From Gemmatimonadota bacterium (GTDB taxonomy: Bacteria > Gemmatimonadota > Gemmatimonadetes > Longimicrobiales > Gaopeijiaceae): 16,164 nt of DNA. Positions within the stretch are counted from its first letter, which is position 1. Each line of letters starts with the position of its first letter. This document shows positions 8,522-15,936 of the stretch, one piece after another. The DNA lies in NCBI GenBank assembly GCA_039589315.1, contig JBDHHQ010000132.1, forward strand, positions 1-16,164, in the 5' to 3' direction. The notes under the pieces are model-generated. The model did not search any database. It had not been told where the DNA came from and worked only from the letters and a program-made list of their open reading frames with translations. The position numbers and the translations under genes were made by a program.

Positions 8522-8791
8522 ATGGAGAACGAGGAGTCACGCGTGAGGACCGACCGCAAGCGGTGGCTCGACGACCCGGCCAACGTCCGGAAGGTCTACA
8601 TCGGGCTCTGGGTGATCAGCCTGGTGCTGCTGGCCCTGGACCTCGTCTACGAGAAGCACGCCCACTACCCCGCCGAGGAGCTCTTCGGCTTCTACGCCTT
8701 CTTCGGGTTCCTGGGCTTCGCGGGTCTGGTCATGGGCGGCAAGCTGCTCCGGCGCTTCGTGAAGCGCGACGAGGACTACTATGACCGGTAG
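8522..8791 (+). CDS. Small two-TM membrane protein inside the mrp operon, function unknown
   Basis: 89 aa with two hydrophobic segments, N-terminal WLDDPANV and C-terminal KRDEDYYD. Codon style matches the operon and it overlaps the next gene by 11 nt. Confidence 0.8.
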   Translation: MENEESRVRTDRKRWLDDPANVRKVYIGLWVISLVLLALDLVYEKHAHYPAEELFGFYAFFGFLGFAGLVMGGKLLRRFVKRDEDYYDR

Positions 8792-10487
8792 CCCCTTCGT
8801 GGAGATGCTTCCCCCGGGTGCCATCCTGGTGCTGGGCGCCCTGCTGATTCCCCTGCTCCGGGGACGCCTCCGCTCGGCCTACATGCTGCTCCTGCCCGTA
8901 CTGGGGCTCGTCCAGCTGCTCCTGCTGGCGCCCGGCGAGTACCTGGCCTTCCGCATCTTCGACTATGACCTGACGCCCGTCCGAGCGGACCGGCTGTCGC
9001 TGCTGTGGGGCTACATCTTCCACATCGCCGCGTTCGTCATGGTCATCTTCGCCCTGCGCGTGAAAGGCGCGGGCGAGCACGTTGCCGCGCTGACGTACGC
9101 GGGCGCTGCCGTGGGCGCGGTCTTCGCGGGCGACCTGGTCACGCTCTTCGTGTTCTGGGAAGGCACGGCCATCGCGTCCGTCTTCCTCATCTGGGCCACG
9201 CGGACCGAACGCGCCTACCACGCGGGGATGCGCTACCTGATCATCCAGGTGGGCTCGGGCGTGCTGCTGCTGGCGGGGGCGCTCGTGCGGGTGTGGGAGA
9301 CCGGGTCCCTGGACTTCGACTTCATCGGCCTGGACGGTGCCGGCGGCCTGCTCATCTTCCTGGCATTCGGGATCAAGGCGGCGTTCCCGCTCCTCCACAA
9401 CTGGCTGCAGGACGCCTATCCCGAGGCCACGGTGTCGGGCACGGTATGGCTCAGCGCGTTCACCACCAAGCTGGCCATCTACGCCCTGGCCAGGGGCTTC
9501 CCGGGGACCGAGATCCTGATCCCCATCGGGACGCTGATGACGCTGTTCCCGATCTTCTTCGCCGTCATCGAGAACGACTTCCGCCGGGTGCTGGCGTACA
9601 GCCTGAACAACCAGCTCGGCTTCATGGTCGTGGGTATCGGTGTGGGGACCGAGCTCGCCTTGAACGGAACGGCGTCCCACGCCTTCGCCCACATCATCTA
9701 CAAGGCGCTGCTCTTCATGTCGATGGGGGCCGTGCTGTACCGAACCGGGACCATCAAGGGCTCGGACCTGGGCGGGCTGTACAAGTCCATGCCCTGGACG
9801 GCGACGTTCTGTGTCGTGGGCGCGGCGTCCATCTCGGCGTTCCCGCTGTTCAGCGGCTTCGTGAGCAAGTCGCTGATCCTGACGGCCACGGCCGAGAACC
9901 ACTACACGTTGTACTACTTCCTGCTGATCCTGGCGTCGGCGGGTGTGATGGAGCACTCGGGGATCAAGATCCCGTTCTTCACCTTCTTCGGCCACGACTC
10001 GGGGATCCGGGTGAAGGAGGCGCCCAGGAACATGCTGGTGGCCATGGGGATCCTGGCGTTGCTCTGCATCGGGATCGGCGTGTATCCGCAGCCGCTCTAC
10101 GACATCCTGCCCTTCCCCGTCGACTACGAGCCCTACACCATGACGCACGTGGTCACGCAGCTCCAGCTGCTAGTCTGGGCGGCACTAGCGTTCGCGGTGC
10201 TCAAGCGGTACAGCCTCTATCCCGCGGAGCTGCCTTCCACGAACCTGAGCACCGACTGGGTCTACCGGAAGCTGTTCCCGGCCGGCTGGGGCTACGCCGT
10301 GCGCGTGGGCGGTGGGGCCTGGACCCAATTCAAGGGACGGGCGACGCGCCGCACCGTTGGCTTCCTGGAGACGCTACACCGCTACCATGGGCCCCGGGGC
10401 ATCCTCGCGCGGACGTGGCCTGCCGGCAGCATGACCCTCTGGGTGGCGATCCTGCTGCTGGTGGTGCTGGTGGTGTTCTACCTGTGA
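8781..10487 (+). CDS. mrpD: Mrp antiporter subunit D family protein (third antiporter-like subunit) with C-terminal extension
   Basis: 568 aa; GDLVTLFVFWE, IKAAFPLLHNWLQDAYPEAT, FTTKLA, RRVLAYSLNNQLGF, HAFAHIIYKALLFM and GFVSKS, followed by DWVYRK, a basic amphipathic stretch and a final TM. Confidence 0.92.
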   Translation: MTGSPFVEMLPPGAILVLGALLIPLLRGRLRSAYMLLLPVLGLVQLLLLAPGEYLAFRIFDYDLTPVRADRLSLLWGYIFHIAAFVMVIFALRVKGAGEHVAALTYAGAAVGAVFAGDLVTLFVFWEGTAIASVFLIWATRTERAYHAGMRYLIIQVGSGVLLLAGALVRVWETGSLDFDFIGLDGAGGLLIFLAFGIKAAFPLLHNWLQDAYPEATVSGTVWLSAFTTKLAIYALARGFPGTEILIPIGTLMTLFPIFFAVIENDFRRVLAYSLNNQLGFMVVGIGVGTELALNGTASHAFAHIIYKALLFMSMGAVLYRTGTIKGSDLGGLYKSMPWTATFCVVGAASISAFPLFSGFVSKSLILTATAENHYTLYYFLLILASAGVMEHSGIKIPFFTFFGHDSGIRVKEAPRNMLVAMGILALLCIGIGVYPQPLYDILPFPVDYEPYTMTHVVTQLQLLVWAALAFAVLKRYSLYPAELPSTNLSTDWVYRKLFPAGWGYAVRVGGGAWTQFKGRATRRTVGFLETLHRYHGPRGILARTWPAGSMTLWVAILLLVVLVVFYL

Positions 10488-10520
10488 TGCCTCGCCCAGC
10501 TGGCGTGACCCGTCGACGAG

Positions 10521-10540
10521 GCGGAGGTGCACGCCTCCGC
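10521..10540. terminator. GC-rich hairpin between the convergent mrp and lptE genes; possible bidirectional terminator or 3' stabilising stem
   Basis: GCGGAGG-TGCACG-CCTCCGC is a perfect 7-bp stem 2 nt from the lptE stop. There is no U-tract on either strand. Confidence 0.4.
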
Positions 10541-10542
10541 TC

Positions 10543-11055
10543 CTACCAGTTCGACTGGGCCCCGTCGATGATCTGCTGCACCAGCAGATCGATGGCTTCG
10601 ACGCGGCCCACCTCCTCGGTCTCCGATCCCTCCAGGTACTGACCTCGCGCGGTGAGGTTCGAGCTTTCCCAGAGGACCACGTTCTCGACCAGATCGACGA
10701 TCTCTTCGCGCTGAAGCACCTCGGCCCGGGTCTCGTCGGCACCCGGCCTATAGAGAGGAGCCGTCAGCTCGTAGCGCCGGATCGTGCCTCGCACCACGGC
10801 GTCGGCGTTCTCTTCGGCCGCGTTCTGGACGCCGAGGGCGCGTGTGAGATCCCGCAGCATGACCTGGTGGATTTCCTGCGTGAGCTCGAAACGCACCGTC
10901 TCGTTATCGAAGGGCAGGACGGCCACGGAGTTCACGTGCTCAGGCGGGAAGCTGCCCGCCTGGAAGGAGTAGTTGCACCCTGCCAGGGTCGCCACGGCCA
11001 ACGTGGTGGCGAGCCCAACCGTCCAACGGGTCTGTGGCGCCCGGAACACGGTCAA
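10543..11055 (-). CDS. lptE: LptE-family (LPS assembly) outer-membrane lipoprotein
   Basis: Probable TTG start at 11055 overlapping the upstream TGA (alternative GTG at 11049); 170 aa. Lipobox LAGC followed by YSF, then SVAVLPFDNET, ADAVVRGTI, VLWE and a C-terminal helix ending in W, matching the pattern of non-proteobacterial LptE proteins. Confidence 0.78.
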   Translation of the reverse strand: MTVFRAPQTRWTVGLATTLAVATLAGCNYSFQAGSFPPEHVNSVAVLPFDNETVRFELTQEIHQVMLRDLTRALGVQNAAEENADAVVRGTIRRYELTAPLYRPGADETRAEVLQREEIVDLVENVVLWESSNLTARGQYLEGSETEEVGRVEAIDLLVQQIIDGAQSNW

Positions 11056-11792
11056 CGTGCGTCGAGCCAGATATCCGGCGGATACACGTCCACGTGCTCG
11101 TAGACGTCGAGCGTCAGAGTGAGCTCGCGAAACTCGCCCAGGTTCCGGTACACCGTCTCGTGGGGGAAGGGATGCTCGGACGAGGCCTCGATGGCGACGA
11201 CCTCGGCCACGTTGCCACGCCGCAGCAGCTCCACCTCCGTCACTTCGTCGTCGGTCAGGTGGTACCGAACCTCCTCGCCCCCGTCGTACCCGTAGCTGAG
11301 CCGGATCTGATCGTCTCCCTCCGATTCGCCGCCGTTCAGGTAGCCCAGAGTACCGGGACGGAACACGCCCAACGAGGCCCACAGCAGGGCCGGAGGCGGC
11401 ACGATCTCCTGGCTCTCCACACCGGGAGGCAGCCGCAGCACGTCGTCGACCAACGCCGCCCGGAGGACCGTCTCGCCATTGCCCGTGAACAGGTCCAGGC
11501 GCGCCTTGTACGGGGGCTCCATGCGAACCACGCCGCGACCGCTGGTGCGGGAGCCGGATTCGTTCAGGCTCCAGTCGAACAGGATGCGCACGGGCTCCTG
11601 GAGAATGGTCCTGAGGCGGACGTTGTCCGCGACGCCAACGGCGTCGATGGGCTCCGGAGGAGGTGGCGGTGGCGCCCCGGAGCAGCCGAAGGCCGCGAGC
11701 GCCAGGATCGCACCCCAAAGGGCGCCGGAGCCGGAGGAGGCGGGCCTCCGGGCTGTGGCGGCCTGGTCACGGCCGCTCGAGACTGCTGTCAT
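11052..11792 (-). CDS. Hypothetical lipoprotein, beta-rich, possibly LolA/LolB-like fold
   Basis: 246 aa; hydrophobic segment with lipobox AFGC, a poly-Pro linker (APPPPPPEP), then GRGVVRMEPPYKARLDLF. The start overlaps the upstream stop (TGATG). The fold assignment is tentative. Confidence 0.75.
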   Translation of the reverse strand: MTAVSSGRDQAATARRPASSGSGALWGAILALAAFGCSGAPPPPPPEPIDAVGVADNVRLRTILQEPVRILFDWSLNESGSRTSGRGVVRMEPPYKARLDLFTGNGETVLRAALVDDVLRLPPGVESQEIVPPPALLWASLGVFRPGTLGYLNGGESEGDDQIRLSYGYDGGEEVRYHLTDDEVTEVELLRRGNVAEVVAIEASSEHPFPHETVYRNLGEFRELTLTLDVYEHVDVYPPDIWLDAR

Positions 11793-14700
11793 CAGAAATT
11801 GAATCCGAAGAAGAAGTCGACGAAGGTCGAGTTGAATTCCTTGCCACGGTCGTAGATGAGTGGCGCTTCTTCGCCGATGGCGAAGCGCTTGCCGACGTCC
11901 AGGCGAAAGACCAACGCGTACGCGAGGCTCAGACGGAAGCTCACGCCGTACGATCCCCAGGAACCTTCGGGGCGCTGGCCCTCGAGCCAGCTCTGGCCGA
12001 TGTCCGTGAACAGCGCGCCCTGGATCCCCGGAAATCTAAGGTTGCCGAAGGGGAGCTGGAAGGCGATCTGCCGGAAGAGGGGGAATCGCCACTCGGCGTT
12101 CAGGAACCACACCCGGCTGCCGGCGAGGCTGTAGCGGGGATAGCCACGCAGACGATGCGTGCCTCCGAGGACTGCTCGGCTGGGAATGGCCCCGCCGCTC
12201 CAGTAGCCGAATCCGCGCAGGGCGATGGCGCTGAACATGGACGTCCGGATGTAGCGCCGGTAGTCGGCCATGACCACGAAGCTCTCGGGGCGGGCCCGGG
12301 AGAGATCGGTGATGAGCCCCATGGTGATGTTGTACCGCTCGCCGTCCAGGGGTCCGGTCGGGAGCCACAGCGTGTTGTCCTTGACGTACGTGACGAAGTT
12401 GCGACTCAGGACGGCCTCGCGGGTGAGGTCCCGCGGATCGGCTCGGAGGTCGGGCGTCACGAAGTCGGGCTGGTCGTAGCGGTTGGAGCGCTCCACGCCG
12501 AACTGGAACTCGAGGCGCCGGTATTTCGAGAACGGGTAGGAGGCCATGAAGAAACCGCCCCAGGTCTCCTCGAAGAACCGGTTGAACCCCACGTCCCGGA
12601 ACTCGCCCCGGAACCGGAAGACGCCGCCGCCGAGGTTGAGGCGATGGCTGAGGTTCAGGTAACGGAGCTGGCCCGCGAAGGCGTCGCTCAGCCTGCTGAA
12701 GCCGTTGGATTGGGCTGCGGCGACGCTGGCGAAGAGCATGTGGTTGCCCAGCATGTCGCTGGCCAGGAACTGGACGCCCTGCGCGGACCCCAGCCCGGGG
12801 GCGATCATGGCGTCGCCTCCGGCGAAGTCCAGCGAGAAGGACTTCCAGTGCGAGTAGTCCGTGGACTCGGTGTCCTCGTTGATCTCGGCGTCCAGCTCTT
12901 CCCAGCGCCACGTCGTCGTGGTGTCGTAGGCGGCGTCGGCCAGAAGACCGGGTGAGGCGATGGCCCCTCCGGAGCCTCGCGGCGCAGTGGCGGGGTTGCC
13001 GGCCGCCGCGCCGACCCCGTGGGCGCCTGGCTCCTCGAGCTCGCGGCCACCGCTCGCGGCCTCCCCCGCACCGTCCGTTGAATCCCCGCTGCCGTTCGTA
13101 GGCGGGTTCGGCCCGGCGGGCACGCCGTCGCCCGCTCGCGCCGCCGCGGGATCCCCGTTGCGAGCCGTCGCCCCGCCCAGCGTCCCACGAGGACGTCTCC
13201 CAGGTGCCTCCAGTCCGAGGGCCCCGCTCCGGGGGACGCCGTTGAAGGCCAACGTCCCCGCCGGCATGCTCAGGGCGATTCGCTCACCCGGCCGATTGTC
13301 CTCGTCGGGCCGGTACTGGAAGATCTGCCACGTTCCGTCGTGATAGCCGGTAAACACCAGGCTCTCGTCGTCGGGCAGCCACTCTGGATCGAAGGCGCCA
13401 CCGGTGAACTGGGAGATGCGCTCGCCTGCCCCGTCCGGACCGACGGCGTAGATCTCGTAGAGCCCCGACCGATCGGAGGAGAAGGCCACTCTGGAGCCGT
13501 CGTGGGACCAGCGCGGGTGCTGATCCTTCCACGGACCGTACGTCAGGTACGAGATGTCCCGGCTGTCCATATCCAGGACGAACAGGTTCTTGGATCCGTC
13601 CGCTCCGAAGGGCGTCCGGTCGCTCGAGAACACGATGGATCGCCCGTCGGGGGACCAGTCGGCGTCGTCGTCCTCGTAGACGTCCTGGGTGAGCGGCACG
13701 CGGGTCCCGGTCTCGAAGTCGAGATGGTACAGGTCTGCCGGGCCACGGGCCGACAGACCCGTAAACACCACGCTACGCCCGTCAGGGGCCCACGCGGGGG
13801 ATCGCATCCCGGCCAGATCATCCCACTGGTAACGGCCGACGACCCGCTCCTCGGCCAGGTTCCACAGGAAGAGGGCGTCGGTCTCGTGGAACTTGGCCAC
13901 GACGGCCAGGACGCCGTCGTCCGACAGGTCCATGCGCGAGTCCATCAGGTGGAACGACTGGAACTCGGCCCGTCGCTCCGACTCCACCACCTTGCGAACG
14001 GGTTCGGGCGCACCGGAAAGGCGCGTCTCGTACAGCGCCGGAAAGCCGGTCCGGGGTGAGATGAAGAACAGGTGCGGTATGGTGTCACCCGGCACGAGCC
14101 CCACCTGAGGCTTCAGGCTGGGTGCGGTGGCGATCAGCGAAGCCGCCACGTCGGTGGGCGGGCGATCGGCATACAGGGGGAAGTACTTCTGCTCCAGGCT
14201 GTACCGCCACTCGCGGTCCAGCTCGTCCATGGTCATCCCGTACACCCAGGCGAACGCTTCCTCGAAGGACTCGTACTTCCAGATGCTCTCGTAGATCTCG
14301 GCGACGTGCTCCTCGCCGAACCGCTCCTCGAGGAAGTGGAAGAGCGAGCCTCCCAGCGGATAGGCCAGGAAGCCCACGGAGTACGTGAACTGCTTCAGGG
14401 TCGGCAGGTCCCCGGACAGCACCAGGTCCCGGATCACCATCTCGTCATCGCTGTCCTGGGGGCTCGACCAGTACTCGGCCAGCCCTTCCTGCCACCAGAA
14501 CGGGAACCACGCGCCTCGCACGCTTCCGAAGAGGGCGTCGACCTCGCTGAGCCGGGACAGGTGGAAGACGTGGACGAGCTCGTGGCGGACGGTGTGCCGG
14601 AACTGGGCGTAATTCCCGCGGAACGGAATGGCCACCCGGCGCTTGAGGAACTCGGTGAAGCCGAGGACGCCCTCGGGGATGAAGCCCGCCGTGAGGTTGG

Positions 14701-14989
14701 TCTGCTCGAAGTGGTTGTGGGACGAGTAGACCACCAGCGGGATCCGGCGGAACGGATGGTGACGGAAGCGCTGCTCGAGCAGGGCGTAGCTCTCCTCGCC
14801 GTAGACCAGGGCCAGCCGCGCGATCTCCTCTTCTTCGGGATAGTAGTAGACGTCGATGTGCTCGCCCGAGAGCACCTGCCAGTCGAAGCTGGAGTACTGG
14901 ATCTTGTTCTTGCCGTACTGGACGGTCTGGGCGGCGAGGGGCGCCGGCACGAGGAGGGCGATGAGAATCGGGATCGCTCTGAACTTCAT
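11792..14989 (-). CDS. Omp85/BamA-superfamily outer-membrane protein with N-terminal gluzincin-like metallopeptidase domain and TolB/PD40 beta-propeller repeats
   Basis: Probable ATG at 14989 (1065 aa). Signal peptide MKFRAIPILIALLVPAPLAA; HELVH...EGLAEY; PD40 repeats (PAWAPDGRSVVF, ADWSPDGRSIVFSSDR, PRWSHDGSRVAFSSDR, PEWLPDDESLVF); barrel with LGG..RLRGY, NAEWRFP, LFTDIG and a C-terminal FFFGFNF. Confidence 0.9.
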   Translation of the reverse strand: MKFRAIPILIALLVPAPLAAQTVQYGKNKIQYSSFDWQVLSGEHIDVYYYPEEEEIARLALVYGEESYALLEQRFRHHPFRRIPLVVYSSHNHFEQTNLTAGFIPEGVLGFTEFLKRRVAIPFRGNYAQFRHTVRHELVHVFHLSRLSEVDALFGSVRGAWFPFWWQEGLAEYWSSPQDSDDEMVIRDLVLSGDLPTLKQFTYSVGFLAYPLGGSLFHFLEERFGEEHVAEIYESIWKYESFEEAFAWVYGMTMDELDREWRYSLEQKYFPLYADRPPTDVAASLIATAPSLKPQVGLVPGDTIPHLFFISPRTGFPALYETRLSGAPEPVRKVVESERRAEFQSFHLMDSRMDLSDDGVLAVVAKFHETDALFLWNLAEERVVGRYQWDDLAGMRSPAWAPDGRSVVFTGLSARGPADLYHLDFETGTRVPLTQDVYEDDDADWSPDGRSIVFSSDRTPFGADGSKNLFVLDMDSRDISYLTYGPWKDQHPRWSHDGSRVAFSSDRSGLYEIYAVGPDGAGERISQFTGGAFDPEWLPDDESLVFTGYHDGTWQIFQYRPDEDNRPGERIALSMPAGTLAFNGVPRSGALGLEAPGRRPRGTLGGATARNGDPAAARAGDGVPAGPNPPTNGSGDSTDGAGEAASGGRELEEPGAHGVGAAAGNPATAPRGSGGAIASPGLLADAAYDTTTTWRWEELDAEINEDTESTDYSHWKSFSLDFAGGDAMIAPGLGSAQGVQFLASDMLGNHMLFASVAAAQSNGFSRLSDAFAGQLRYLNLSHRLNLGGGVFRFRGEFRDVGFNRFFEETWGGFFMASYPFSKYRRLEFQFGVERSNRYDQPDFVTPDLRADPRDLTREAVLSRNFVTYVKDNTLWLPTGPLDGERYNITMGLITDLSRARPESFVVMADYRRYIRTSMFSAIALRGFGYWSGGAIPSRAVLGGTHRLRGYPRYSLAGSRVWFLNAEWRFPLFRQIAFQLPFGNLRFPGIQGALFTDIGQSWLEGQRPEGSWGSYGVSFRLSLAYALVFRLDVGKRFAIGEEAPLIYDRGKEFNSTFVDFFFGFNF

Positions 14990-15031
14990 GCTACCGTATC
15001 GCCAGCCCGAGTGTGGGTGGGGGCCTACCGG

Positions 15032-15060
15032 ACAATGGCGGACTCCGGGTCCACCGGCAA
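15032..15060 (-). promoter_or_regulatory. Candidate sigma70-type promoter for the Omp85-lipoprotein-lptE unit
   Basis: The minus strand reads TTGCCG (15060-15055), a 17-nt spacer, then CATTGT (15037-15032), about 40 nt upstream of the ATG. Confidence 0.35.
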
Positions 15061-15159
15061 GACACGGGACGGCCCGCGCCGGGATCCTCCTGGGTCGGGC
15101 CTCCACCTCTCTTCTACGGTACCGCGGCACCAGGCTTTCGGTCCGCCCGCGTCACACCC

Positions 15160-15188
15160 CTGGCAAATCCGACGCCGTCGCTTAGGTT
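15160..15188 (+). promoter_or_regulatory. Candidate promoter for lpxH, possibly giving a leaderless mRNA
   Basis: CTGGCA (15160-15165), a 17-nt spacer, then TAGGTT (15183-15188), ending 8 nt before the ATG at 15197. No clear SD sequence. Confidence 0.35.
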
Positions 15189-15196
15189 GCTGCGCC

Positions 15197-15934
15197 ATGC
15201 CCCACCGCCCGGTCTTCATCATCAGTGACGTCCACCTGGGTGCCGTGCCCCGCGCAACCGAGCTGGCCCTCTGCCAGTGGCTCGAGCACGCCGGCGACGC
15301 GGCGTCCCGCGTGGTCATCAACGGCGACCTCTTCGACTTCTGGTTCGAGTACGGGACGGTGATTCCGCGGGGGCACACGCGCGTCCTCGGCGCCCTGGCC
15401 CGTCTCGTCGACGGCGGCGTTCCCGTGGACTTCATGGGAGGCAACCACGATTGGTGGGCCGACTCCTACCTGTCCAACGAAATCGGGCTGACGATCCACA
15501 GAGAGCCCGTGATCCTGGAATTGGCCGGTCAGCGGGTGCTCCTCGCCCATGGAGACGGGTTGGGAGCCGGTGATCTCGGGTATCGGATGCTCAGGTTGGT
15601 CTTGCGAGGCCGGGCCACTCGCTGGGCCTTCCGGTGGCTCCACCCGGACCTGGGTGCCCGGGTGGCCAGGAGGGTCTCCAGAACCGAGGTGCGGGGTGGT
15701 GAGCCCGACGAGCGCGAGCTGGCCCGGGGGCGGTTCCTGCGGGACTGGGCCGTAACCCGATTGGAGGGGTCCAGTGACGTGGACCACGTCCTGCTGGGTC
15801 ACTCCCACCTCCCCGAGCGCATCGAGGTCGCCCCGGGCCGGTTCTACGTCAACGGGGGGGATTGGGTGCGCCACCGCACGTACGTGGTGCTGGCACCGGG
15901 CCAGGCACCGGTGCTCGAGGAGTGGGTGGCGTAG
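15197..15934 (+). CDS. lpxH: UDP-2,3-diacylglucosamine diphosphatase (LpxH-type calcineurin-like phosphoesterase)
   Basis: 245 aa from the ATG at 15197; ISDVHLG, NGDLFDFWFEY, GGNHDWW, LAHGDG, LGHSHLP and YVNGGDW. Confidence 0.88.
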   Translation: MPHRPVFIISDVHLGAVPRATELALCQWLEHAGDAASRVVINGDLFDFWFEYGTVIPRGHTRVLGALARLVDGGVPVDFMGGNHDWWADSYLSNEIGLTIHREPVILELAGQRVLLAHGDGLGAGDLGYRMLRLVLRGRATRWAFRWLHPDLGARVARRVSRTEVRGGEPDERELARGRFLRDWAVTRLEGSSDVDHVLLGHSHLPERIEVAPGRFYVNGGDWVRHRTYVVLAPGQAPVLEEWVA

Positions 15935-15936
15935 GG

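Noticed and set aside
11056..11718. Upstream extension of the 391-aa ORF containing LptE
   Set aside because: It overlaps the lipoprotein gene in another frame. The lipobox position requires a start near 11055-11049.
94..14059. Numerous long antisense or alternate-frame ORFs (e.g. 94-1089+, 6727-8583-, 6942-8330+, 8730-10148-, 9005-10642+, 11663-12955+)
   Set aside because: These are expected in high-GC coding DNA. They show no recognisable motifs and overlap well-supported genes.
14072..15196. N-terminal extension of the 620-aa ORF upstream of LpxH
   Set aside because: It is antisense to the Omp85 gene; the phosphoesterase motifs begin right after the ATG at 15197.
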